Part shown: positions 51,126 to 62,404 of the stretch, in pieces
Layout of the letters: the number at the start of each line of letters is the position of its first letter
Numbering within the stretch: position 1 is the stretch's first letter
NCBI GenBank assembly: GCA_040954595.2
Contig: CM082588.2
Coordinates: 1,867,027-1,931,026 of the forward strand
DNA: 64,000 nucleotides
Source of the DNA: Balanoglossus misakiensis
Taxonomy: Eukaryota > Animalia > Hemichordata
Reading direction: 5' to 3'
Position numbers and translations under genes: made by a program
Notes under the pieces: model-generated
Databases searched by the model: none
What the model was told of the DNA's origin: nothing
Seen by the model: the letters and a program-made list of their open reading frames with translations, nothing else

Positions 51126-52137
51126 ATGTCATTGTATAGGTCCAGATTACGAGTTCTCGTCTCGATCCGACGAACAATTTTTGTTGATCGCATCATATGT
51201 TGTCCAACGGGAACAGCCATTGATAGACTCAATGCAACCATCCACAGTCGCAACTTTTGCAAGGAACTGATTTTTCCCAGAAGCCGAACGTTCCCTCGAA
51301 AAGACAACATTGTCAAAGATGAAGGGTTCATCTCTTCCTCCCATATCGCCAGGGATTTCTGGCAACAGGTGAGATGGTTTGCCTCCAAAAGTAAAGGCGA
51401 GACCAGAAAGGGGACTGTCAAATCTTACAAAGATCTGGTAGATTATGACAGTGATGATGATTACTTGGAAAAAGTTAAAGATGAAGATAATATCGAAGAT
51501 GACGTCGATTCCGAGTCAGAAGAAGATGATGATGATAATGAAAGTGGAGAACAGAAGAGTTGGAAGGATGTGACGTACACCCTCGCCGGTTTTCGTGCAG
51601 ACAAAGTCATCGCTGCAGGCTTGGGGATATCAAGGAAGTGAGTGAGAGCTCTTTAATACACACATGATTTAAAATATAAACGTCATTTGAAAGCAGATAA
51701 GAATACACAAGTGCACATCGTGTAACTTTGCCCCAAATTTCCAGTTGTTTAGTGACTTCATGTACACCTGATCTGTTTTTTCCCCAGACAAGTGGAAGAT
51801 GCATTTCTTTCTGGCAAATTACGCTTCAATGGAGAAATATTAACAAAGAAAAGCAAAAAGGTAAGTGCACTCACCACTGCATGTAAACTACATGATCCTA
51901 ACAACGTTTGTGGTATTTTCAGTCTTTTTCTTTTCTTACTTCATATTTTCTTTCTAATCTTTACAGATTGATGTAGGTGACACTTTAGATCTCGTCAAAT
52001 CGAGCAAAGGTGACATGATTGACGTCATGAGGGTCACTTTGAAGAAAATCGATGATGAGAAGACCAGGAAAGACAAATTTGTTGCAGTGTTGAGACGCTG
52101 GAAACATCTCTCAATTCCAAATCCAAAGAAAAGATGA
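51126..52137 (+). CDS. MTRES1: Mitochondrial transcription rescue factor 1 (C6orf203-like, S4-like RNA-binding domain), 3 exons
   Basis: Arg-rich presequence-like N-terminus and an acidic stretch, then FRADKVIAAGLGISR-QVEDAFLSGKLRFNGEILTKKSKKIDVGDTLDL..VAVLRRWKHL. Exons 51126-51637, 51788-51860, 51967-52137. Confidence 0.87.
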
Positions 52138-52459
52138 TGGTGAAGACGACATCGATTGCATAATAAATGCTCTTTGACGAAACAGTTTTTTGATGACTCA
52201 ATGATTTGCATCTGGTGTGAGATGCCAGCCTGATACCAAATCGATGAAACTTGATACAGATAATGATCACATAAGAAGAGCCAATTTTATCTGATTTACG
52301 GGTATAAACTAGCCTGAAGACTCAACTTGAACCCTGCCCCATCCCAATAAATTCACATATTTACAGTTTTTACAAAACACCAGAACATGTTCAATGCAGC
52401 TCAGGTCAACTCTGCTTCTCAGTATATATCTTGACATACATGATGCATAGTCACCATCA

Positions 52460-53981
52460 TCAGTTACGGAAGTACAAGAATCCTGGTCGCTGTACTAAAC
52501 CATGCAAGAAGTAAACCTCACTGAACAACTCGCATGTTTTGCTCTTAGAATGTATCTCGCTCTCCACATTGAAACTCAAGCACGCAGTGTGTGAAAGACA
52601 CGCGTGAGCACACGCGATGAATGATGATGTCTCGGTCACGTGAATAGGTGGACCAGGTGCTGCCATCCCCTCAGCCTCCAATGAAAAGTACGCGGATTTG
52701 TAGGTAGGTGTTCTTGTTATAGAGACAGTTGGGATATCTGTTATGAAATGAATGATAAATAATCTTCTTTTTGAATGATCTTAGTATCACCAAGTGACCT
52801 AAATATGGATAGTGTTAATACATGTAATCAATAGCAACATTTTGTAATCGAAAAGAAGACAGTGTTCTTCTATTACCTGTCGAAGTCGACAGCCTTGTTG
52901 AAGAAGGTGCCGTTGTTGTCTTATGTGTGCCCGGTGGCAATGTTGTTGGGATTGAAGTTTGTGGCATCGTTGTCACGCTTGTGGCTGACGGTGTTGGTGG
53001 CATTGCTCTTGATGTGGTCGTAGTTGGTGGTACTGTTGTCACACTTGTGGTCGGTGTTACTCTTGTCATGGTTTTTGGCCCAGTTTTTACTGTTGTCACA
53101 GTTATCGCTGATGTCACTGGTGGCGAAATCGTCGTTGTTATCGTTGGTCGTTCAGGTGTCGGGGGTTCGCCTGCAGATAATGACAAATGTTCAGCAGATA
53201 GTTACACAAAGTTTGACCGATGTCACGTTGTATTCGAGTGATGTGGTCAAATCAAACCCTGGTGACGTCACGAGGATCAAAATGTATATTCTCGTCACGT
53301 CACGTCACTCTCAGTGGAATAGAAGTTGTACTTACTTGCAGAGCTGCCCGATTTGCAAATGAAACGCCGTGCAATCACGCAATCGCTGTCGTAATAAAGA
53401 CAGGAGTATGTCATGTGTACACAGTTGGAAAATTCTCCACCATTTGGTTCGCCGAATGCGGTTAGCGATGGCGGGCTATACCATGGTAGAAAAACAACAT
53501 TGTCCCCTTCCACAGTCTTGTATACACCTTCCTCGTATTGGTCTGTGATTCCCAACCACATGCTGGAATGGATTATTATGATTCAGGGGACAGCAGCGTG
53601 TTTTAAAGGAGAACAAGAAAGTTTAGCGGATACATAGTACTAACCCTTTAATGGCATTTCAACCATCGACTTGAACTGAATAACATCCTTGAAAATATGT
53701 CATGGTCGGAAGAGAACTGTTTGTTTCAGTGATTGATTTGCAACCAACAGTTTCATGCCCATTTTAGAGACTTTGGATCATTTGGAATAAAACCTACCTG
53801 CTGCTGTCGCCAAAATAACCAGCCGCAAAAGATGAAACTGACGTGCATTCTTCAGCGTCGTCGATGGTTACAAGTCGACCAAAGTTCTCGCTTTGGCAGT
53901 AAGCGTCGGCATCGTTCCATTTCTTGAAAGACTTGACAAACGTGTAGCAAAATCCGCCATCTTCCATTTGCTCGTACTCCA
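52460..53981 (-). CDS. C-type lectin domain + Thr-rich mucin stalk + PAN/Apple-domain protein (5' end unresolved)
   Basis: CTLD: FCYTFVKSFKKWNDADAYCQ..RLVTID / WLGITDQYEEGVY..GEPNGGEFSNCV..DSDC..FICK. Thr/Pro-rich exon ~52876-53171. Final exon IACAHACLSHTACLSFN..TCELF..PGFLYF is PAN-like. I could not identify the start or signal exon. Confidence 0.78.
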
Positions 53982-56792
53982 CTTAAAAAGAAAGAGAGAG
54001 AGAGAGTGATTGGTTGATTGATTGATTGATTTGACTATGGACGTCACCCTCGAGATTACCAAGTGTATGTCACGCAAAACTAACCTTCAAATGGAGGCTG
54101 AGAGTCACATGCACGCAGCAATAACACGATCATGAATACAGTCACGCATATTCCAGAATATCCCGACCTTAAAACCATAATTTTCGCGTCACTTGTCGCC
54201 CACACTCTAAACAGTCGTGCAGAAGTGAATGAATTGATGCAACTTCACATGCAAGCGTTATAGGCGTGCAGGTCTATCTTTCCCGCGGGAGATTCGACGC
54301 CTACAAAATATGCCATTCAGGGGGGGGGGGATACAACGCTATTACGAGGTTCCCATTAAAACGATTGAGCTGATGGTTATTATCCCCAATCCAAAATATG
54401 AATATCTTACATTAGCGACGTTGATATCAATACATTTCGCGGAACAGAGTTAGACAATGACATAAAAGGTACATGATGTAATCAACTTACTTAAAAGAAA
54501 TGTTTTGCATTACTCGAATACTCTGATCTCTTTGTCGCGTTTCACTCCTAAGCAAGCCTAGACATCCGTTCGAGCAATTCTGCCGTAAGTCATCCAACAA
54601 AGACTTTCTCTGCAAAAACAGATTCGATTTTCCCACAACACTTAATCTTTTGAAATGTTTGTACGAGCAAACACAATTGTAACTTCAGCCGTATCTATGG
54701 CAGCAACACACAGCATGTTTGGAAGTAAACTTTGCCAGAAGCTACTGTAGTTCCATAAATATCAAACATCAGAAGCCAAGCAACAGATACCAACGAGAGA
54801 AATTACATTCCCATCAGGCTGAACATGCTGAACTAGAATTCATTTGTCTCCATTGATAGAAAAAGCCAACATCTTTCAGTTCTTAGTAAAATGCAAGGTT
54901 ATGGGAGGGCTACATCGGGTATCAGGACGGTTATATTTTCCCACCTACCGGTGGAACTTCACAGAAAGTTTCACATTTGTCTTTGAACCATTCAGAGAAT
55001 AGTTTTGCACTGTGACCAGACTGAGAGATTGGAAATTCAGTCGAGTGCGGGCGCCCAACATTCTGCGACCCGAGCAAGTTGTGGAGGTCGGGCAGTGCCC
55101 GCACACGACTGTCGTGCCCTATTTATAGGAGGGTTGAACACATTTAGTGCACGTCCACGTCAAGCCTGATATAGCGGGATGATTTATCTGCGAAACACGA
55201 TACAATATTTAAAAAAATATAGATGCAATGAACTCTCAATAAAACGTTAAACGGACGCGAAACGTTTGATAAAAGTTCGCATGACTCTAACACCAATTGC
55301 CTTCCCTGTACTATAAATACCATGCAATCATGTCTAAGAACAAGAAACGATCAACCAAATTCACCCTTGACACGAATCAGTTTTGCTGAAACCATCCAAT
55401 GCACTTATCTGCACACAGTTTTATGGATCTCCAGTTACAGCCTCGTCAAAACTAATGGGGAGGTTATGAGAGGGCGGTCGTTTATCAGTCTTTTATGCGA
55501 AGCAAACGAACGTAAAGTTCAAAATACAGCTTATCGGGCTAAAAGAGCGTCGTTCACTCTGAATAGCCAGTGTCAAATAACAGTGTCTTTGAGAGGCTCG
55601 AAGACTGGGGAACCAAGTCGCCCAAATTATCATGCATGGCCGAGACATGAAACGAATAAAAGACAATTACAATAGATATAAACCACTACTGTTATAAAGA
55701 TTGACCCAAAGTGACCAAATGATGTTGCTTTTATAACACACACACAGACACCATCTGTCTTCTGGTGACCTCATGGCCGAGGAAAGTGCTTGGCTGTTGA
55801 CTTCCTTATCTAATTTGATTACCATTAATTCACGCAATCTGACAGCTGGCGATTGCTTTTGAATAGTTTACAGTTGTTTGGAAGAGTATGCAATGGGTGT
55901 GGGTGACGTAACGCCGAATGCATAATTATGGTGATGTTTTAAACAACTGCTCTCAAAATAATTTGTCGGCTGAAGATAGTTAATTGTATTAAGGATAGGG
56001 TTTCCTCTTTGTTGTGCTTATATGGCTTCGGACACACGACATGCAACACTTGTCAGATACATTTGTCGTTTGTGTTTGGGGTTGTTTCTCGCGGATACAA
56101 TTACAGCGAGTCATCGGATCAGCATCAGGGTCGACCAATATCAAGTTTTATATCATTTAATACTACAGTAATTAGCGGTTTATTGCAAAATCCACTTTAA
56201 ATAGCTGGTCGATTGCAGCCATTGTCACATGTACGTTCATCTCTCCGCGCTGTGACATTTAACCCCACAGGGAGGGCCGCGCGATGCCAGCGCGCGACTG
56301 ATTCATATGGATTGCGTTAATTTGAACCGTACCATTATCAGACCCAGTGCGAAAGCAAACCACGGAACGTTGCGGGTTTAACAAGAAACGGTAAAATACG
56401 AAATCAACAGTTCGCCAGGCTGCTAAAGAGTTCGCGAAAATTTAACACCCGTACTAATCATTTCTATAACGTCAGCCACAATTGAGATTCCAACATCGGA
56501 CCAGAATAATCACCGCAGATTTGTGGATATGCACAATCGTCGAGCAGTGATCGGCCTATTCATTGTGTGAAGCACACAAAACCATTCGAAGTGTGCTTTG
56601 CATATGAATACTGCAAGGCTCTGGGTCAAACAGTGGACAATAATTATAGGTAATACACAAAAGCAGCTGTATACTGGCGTATGACGATCCAACATGGGCG
56701 TAGATGAGTGACTGGCGATCGTAAACACCCTCCAAAAAGACAACTCGCATGGGGATATGTACGAGAGACTTCAACTTGCGGTAACGTCCATT

Positions 56793-58733
56793 ATGGTACG
56801 AAATGTGTTGCTTAGGTTTTGTATATTCTGGAGCGCTTTGACGATCTCGCTGGTGACGGCCAACAGACCCGAGTATGTGGTGGAGCCGAACAGTACAGTG
56901 GTGACAGAAGGGCGGACAGCCATATTGGCCTGCTCGGTGGCCAATCTGGGCAACAGGTACTTTATAATGTGGTTGAAGGATGGTGTATCGATAACGTTCA
57001 ACGCCACTGTTTATAATGAACGACTGACAAACCTTTTTGGAGTTGTCGAACCGTCGAGATATAGCATTGTGGGAGACACCTGGATCGGAGAGTTCAATTT
57101 GCAAATAAGGCACACAGCCGGAGCAGACGCTGGTGACTATGCTTGTAATATATATGAAGGGCCACCCTTTTTTGGCCAGATTGCGTCGTCATCGAAGGCA
57201 ACACTAACGATCGAAACCTTCCCAGCTGGAGACTTCCCGAAGTGTTTTCCGTCAGAACTAAATGACTTTTATATAGAAGGGGACACGGTCAATGTAGATT
57301 GCATATTCAGGGACGCGGACCACATACCCGAGTTGCAATGGTTTAAATCAGGGATGTTGGTGAATGGCGAACGTTTATACAACAACTCTCCGTCATACTT
57401 GACGTACCGATGGCAGTTGCATGCCGACGACGACGGCAAAAACGTCACGTGTGTCGCCAACCACACTTTGTCATGTAACGTTGGACCGGTGGAAGTTTAT
57501 TTTAAGCCGCGGCCGTCAATGGTCATCACGACCGTTGACGTCTTTGTTGGCGAAGCCGCCGTTTTTATGGTTCGCTCCAATTCAAATCCATCCCCTTCTT
57601 TGTACGTGTGGTCGCTGAATGGCATGAACATCGACGACGGCCTGTCTTTGGGATTTGCCGTCAGCGGACCGAACTTGACGATTCTGAGCGCCCAGTACTC
57701 GGATAACGGTTCCACGGTGACGTGTGTGGTCGCCAACATCGCCGGGAATTCGACTGCGAGCGCAACCCTGATCGTTCGGCCCCTCCCCACAACCGTTCAC
57801 ACCAGTGAGCTCACCAGTGCAACGACAACAAAATCTCGAACGACAGACACCGAGGAGACATCTGCGGGCAGCACGGCTTCGTTCGCATCGAGCCCGAGGA
57901 AGGAAGAATTCCCCGTTCTGGTGATCGGGGTAACCGCAGGAGGAGCAATAATATTTTGCATCGCAGTCTTGGTGGCTGTTTCTGTTTTTGTTTCTTCGTG
58001 CAGGGACAAAAGGAGAAGGGATGATGCCCGCAACAAGCATGAAGCCGCATCGGGACACTTCCAGGCCAACTTATTCATTCAGGACGGAGATGTTCACGTG
58101 CGTGCGCAGCTGCCTCCGATACAGCCAGCAAATCAAAACGCCCTGTCAGACAGCAACAGCGGGAAAGTATACTACGGATCAAATCGAAGGGTCCACGTTC
58201 GGAACATCTTTTCCCAAGAAAACGACGACCGCGGCGAGTCGCCGACGGACGACAGACAGAACGAGGACAACGAGCAACGAGACAGCGAAAGAGATGTCGG
58301 CGGTGGCGGCGACGACATAGAGGGGGTCGTCATCGCCAATCCAAGTTTTACGGAGAACAACACGGGCCCAGACCCGGACATCATTCAAGACACACAGGAC
58401 AAGTCGGAGACGGAGACGAGCAGCGAAAGTGACATCAAGCGACGGTCACAGTCGTCGGCCGTTGAGGACGCCCTGGCGGGGATCATCCCCGACTTTCATT
58501 TCATATCCGACGAGAGTACCACGGACGACGGACAGTCGGACTACGATCACAACTTCAGTGATCTGGGAATAGACGGCCTCGACATGCCGATGTACACAAA
58601 TCATCCACTACCCATGGAAGAAAACCCAAACAACACAAACTGCAACAATATAGAACTGGAAAACGGGGACAGTAATGCGGATGACACAGATTCCAGTAAT
58701 CTCGCAGGAATAAAGCTTATGTATGTAGACTGA
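56793..58733 (+). CDS. Intronless type I membrane Ig-superfamily receptor (3 Ig domains, Kirrel/CADM-like), long acidic Tyr-containing tail
   Basis: Signal peptide MVRNVLLRFCIFWSALTISLVTA. V-type Ig domain (ILACSV..WLKDG..FNLQI..DAGDYAC), two further Ig domains, Thr-rich stalk, TM (VLVIGVTAGGAIIFCIAVLVAVSVFV) and ~240-aa tail. An upstream in-frame ATG at 56757 is an alternative start. Confidence 0.87.
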   Translation: MVRNVLLRFCIFWSALTISLVTANRPEYVVEPNSTVVTEGRTAILACSVANLGNRYFIMWLKDGVSITFNATVYNERLTNLFGVVEPSRYSIVGDTWIGEFNLQIRHTAGADAGDYACNIYEGPPFFGQIASSSKATLTIETFPAGDFPKCFPSELNDFYIEGDTVNVDCIFRDADHIPELQWFKSGMLVNGERLYNNSPSYLTYRWQLHADDDGKNVTCVANHTLSCNVGPVEVYFKPRPSMVITTVDVFVGEAAVFMVRSNSNPSPSLYVWSLNGMNIDDGLSLGFAVSGPNLTILSAQYSDNGSTVTCVVANIAGNSTASATLIVRPLPTTVHTSELTSATTTKSRTTDTEETSAGSTASFASSPRKEEFPVLVIGVTAGGAIIFCIAVLVAVSVFVSSCRDKRRRDDARNKHEAASGHFQANLFIQDGDVHVRAQLPPIQPANQNALSDSNSGKVYYGSNRRVHVRNIFSQENDDRGESPTDDRQNEDNEQRDSERDVGGGGDDIEGVVIANPSFTENNTGPDPDIIQDTQDKSETETSSESDIKRRSQSSAVEDALAGIIPDFHFISDESTTDDGQSDYDHNFSDLGIDGLDMPMYTNHPLPMEENPNNTNCNNIELENGDSNADDTDSSNLAGIKLMYVD

Positions 58734-61126
58734 CAGGTGCACGTGCATACACCAATTTCGTCAGGAGAACAAGCATGTATGCCGAGACCGGTCACTGGAA
58801 GTGTAACACGCACCTCCTCGAAAACACTTTTCTGGTTTTAGAATATAAAAGCAAGGATGACCTACCCTACATACATCGTCACCGCGGCTTAGTGCGCTTT
58901 GAATTCGTCTCTAGGCGTGTAACTGACGCTTGAGTGGGGCTCTGACGCTCTTCGAGAAGTCTTGACCCAGCACTGTTCATGCATGGCTGCAGCACGGGCC
59001 ATCTCTTTTCTCCATTCATCGAGCCTATCACGGTCATGACCCCGTCACATGATGAAACGCTCGGTTGTGTATTCAAATCAACGCGTGTTTTACTGCTTTC
59101 TTATAAATTCATTCTATACGTGTAAGGAAATATCCATGTGTTCACCGAGAACCATTAGTAACCATTTGCAATTTTGTCTATAATCTAAAACTTTGAAAAG
59201 CTTCCGTGCAAGTTGATCCTGGTAGCGCAGAGCATGCGCACCATTGACGCGATCAACAGGTGTTTACAACAGCTCCGACCGGTGAAACTCCGCAATAGTG
59301 TATGATCTTCAGTCCATATTTCTCACATCCGCTTTTATTACAGAATCACACTTAATATTAATGTTTATCAATCAAATTCACAACGTTCTAATACTGTACA
59401 CAACCATTTACGGCTATCATGTCGGTATACGCATGCGTAATGCATGAGACATAGCTTTGTAGCTATACTTCACCGACGACATATTGACAGAACTAATGGA
59501 ATCAACGCTCAATTAGACCGGGTGTTTGTTGAATGTCTCAACAAGAACTCAAGAAGACCCAACTCTACGTAGATTGCTTTGTTACCTTGGCGCGAATTCA
59601 ATATTTACCCTTCGTTCTGTCCCCAAAGTGTGTATGCGCATAAATTGACCAATTTCCTTCTATTTTTATTCGAAATATTAAAGTCTGTAAATTTACAGTA
59701 TTTTTATGGAAACTGTACAGTTTACCTTATACGAAGCTGTAACTTTCTTGAAAACAATTTGGTATCGATAACATTGTCATTTTGTATTTGTATATTTGAT
59801 ACTGGCACGACATTATGGATTATATTAGTGACCTATTTTTATATATCTGGCGCACTTGCACAGTCTCGTTCGGATAACGACTGTTTTGAAATACAGAAGT
59901 GATACTCTTGATAGACAATCTTGAATTCTGGGTCACATTTTGATATTTATATATTTTGTATAGTTTTATCATATGTGGACTTTGTGTGACAATCGTCATT
60001 TCAGAGGTAATATTAAAATTTATTTTTAACCACTCAACTTATTTAAGACGGGGTTTCAGTCCATTTAAAACAGGATGCAAGTTTCGGTCTGGACGTTTCA
60101 GATAATATTTTGTGCTGACATACATAACACTTGTAGAAATGCTTCCTCGACAAAGCTTTACAACCCAATCAAGTCAGTAATAGCCATGCGCAAAGGCAGA
60201 ATAATCAAGAAACACCCTGTTGACTATTTATAGATCAAAGCACTTCTAACACATGCAGTTTACATGGGCGAAGGTACCAGCAAAGCATTGCCCCTAAAAT
60301 GACCTCGAAAGTGCGCTTACATTGTTGTATGTCCTATCTCGAGAACTGCCAAACATGACACAAAATCAAACACCAGACCCCCTAGCTAAAAACAAAACCC
60401 AGACGACATCTGCCATCTTCTGTCCCCGGTGTAGGGTTATCGCAAAGCCTCGTGTCTTTTTATGCTATTCAGATTTTGTGTACAGACTGGTATTTTATTT
60501 TTCTCTTTATCTATGTCTGTTTATACAGCGTAGCTGGCTCTCCCGTGATAAGAAACGATTTCCTCCTTCTCTGTTCATATTCCTGATCCCGTTATTATTT
60601 CGGACCTGGTTCCTGTGCACGCTTCCTTCATTGATCTGCTCTGACACTTTCAACTATCTGCAGCGATGCGACCTTGTGGTTCGAATTTGCTGCGGAGTGA
60701 TTTATAATTATGACTCATGGGATCAACGCCCATAATGACCGTGCCGAGATCAACCAATTGCACTGAGATAATATTTAATATCATATTCATTAGTGATTAA
60801 TGTGTCTGTTGAACAATATGTAATGCTCAATGGATCTGACCCATGACACAGCAGAACGCAACTCAGTCAATCGGGAGACGGCGGTGGTGACTCATATGAA
60901 CTGAGGATATATAATCCGACCAAAGCATCGTGAAACCGTATCGCTGAACATTGTGGGTATAGATCCTTCGTGAGAAAAAAATCACGCTAATCAAAATTTA
61001 TTTAAAATATAAATAGCTCGTAAATGTTAATGGTCTTAGTAATCAACTGCATCAGACATTCTTTTTTTTATTTGATGTTTGAGATCTCTAGGAATTACGA
61101 GCACGGTTCCACAAGAAGAAACGACG

Positions 61127-62404
61127 ATGGCGCGACACGAGTGGCTTCGACTGACCGTAGTTTTCAGCGCTTTGACGTTCTCGCTGGTGACGGCCGACAG
61201 ACCCGAGTTTGTGACGGAGCCGAACAGCACAGTGGTGACGGAAGGGCGGACAGCCATATTGGCCTGCTCGGTGGCCAATCTGGGCAACAGGTACTTTATA
61301 CAGTGGGTGAAGGATGGTGTATCTATAACATCCAACAACTCTGTTATTGTTTATCGACTGACAAATGAATTAGGAGTTGTCGAACCGTCGAGATACAGCA
61401 TTGTGGGGGACACCTGGATCGGAGACTTCAGTTTACAAATTAAGCACACCACCGGAGCGGACGCTGGTGACTATGCTTGTATTATATACGAAACAAGTCC
61501 CTATCCTGGCCAGCTTTCGTCATCACCAAAGGCAACACTGACGATTGATACCTCCCCAACCGGACTCTACCCGAAATGTTTTTCGTCAACTTTAGATGAT
61601 TATTTTCTAGAAGGGGACACGGTCGACATAAACTGCATATCCAGGGACTCTCACTCCAAAACCAAGTTGGATATGTTCAAATCCGGAACACTGCTGAAAA
61701 GCAAACGATTATACACCTCCCTGCCTGACATTGTGTACCGGTGGAATGTGTCCGACGCTGACGATGGCACGACAATTACGTGCAATGGGAACGGAAACCA
61801 AACGTGCAATTTCGGACCGGCGAAAGTGTATGTCAATCCGCGGCCATCAATGGTTTCCGTGGATGTCGTTGTCCTTGCCGGCGAAGCGGCCGTATTTCTG
61901 GTTCAGTCTCACTCGAACTCACTCCCTTCAACGTATAGCTGGTGGCTGAACGGCGTGAAAGTTGACGCCAGTTTGTCGCCGAGGTTTTCCGTCAACGGAC
62001 CGAACTTGACGATCCGAGGCACGCAGCTAAGCGACGACGGCTCCATGGTGACGTGCGCGGTGGCGAATGTCGCCGGCAGTTCGACCGTCAGTGCAATCTT
62101 GCGTGTGCGGCCTGTCGCGATGACAACCGAAATGAGCTGGCTCAACCCACCAACACTGGGCCCGTCTGCCGACAGCAAGATTTCAGTACCGGGGATGCAC
62201 CACAAGGATAAGCACGCGCTGCTGATTGGAGTAACCAGCGGAGGCGCCATTTTGTTTTTCGCCGCCGTTGTTTTCGCCGTTTCTGCGTTCGTCTGTTCTT
62301 GTTGGGACAAAAAGAGGGGGAAAGCCCGAAATAATGGAAGAATTCGGCACGCCATCTGGTGTTCGAAAAACACCACCAAGCATAACTTGCCCACACGTGT
62401 ATAA
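61127..62404 (+). CDS. Intronless 3-Ig-domain receptor paralogue with a short tail ending in -TRV
   Basis: Signal peptide MARHEWLRLTVVFSALTFSLVTA. Ig domains are colinear with the 56793 gene. TM LLIGVTSGGAILFFAAVVFAVSAFV and a ~35-aa basic tail. Confidence 0.87.
   Translation: MARHEWLRLTVVFSALTFSLVTADRPEFVTEPNSTVVTEGRTAILACSVANLGNRYFIQWVKDGVSITSNNSVIVYRLTNELGVVEPSRYSIVGDTWIGDFSLQIKHTTGADAGDYACIIYETSPYPGQLSSSPKATLTIDTSPTGLYPKCFSSTLDDYFLEGDTVDINCISRDSHSKTKLDMFKSGTLLKSKRLYTSLPDIVYRWNVSDADDGTTITCNGNGNQTCNFGPAKVYVNPRPSMVSVDVVVLAGEAAVFLVQSHSNSLPSTYSWWLNGVKVDASLSPRFSVNGPNLTIRGTQLSDDGSMVTCAVANVAGSSTVSAILRVRPVAMTTEMSWLNPPTLGPSADSKISVPGMHHKDKHALLIGVTSGGAILFFAAVVFAVSAFVCSCWDKKRGKARNNGRIRHAIWCSKNTTKHNLPTRV

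Noticed and set aside
52927-53362. Val/Gly-rich hydrophobic + strand ORFs
   Set aside because: Antisense of the Thr/Pro-rich mucin exon.
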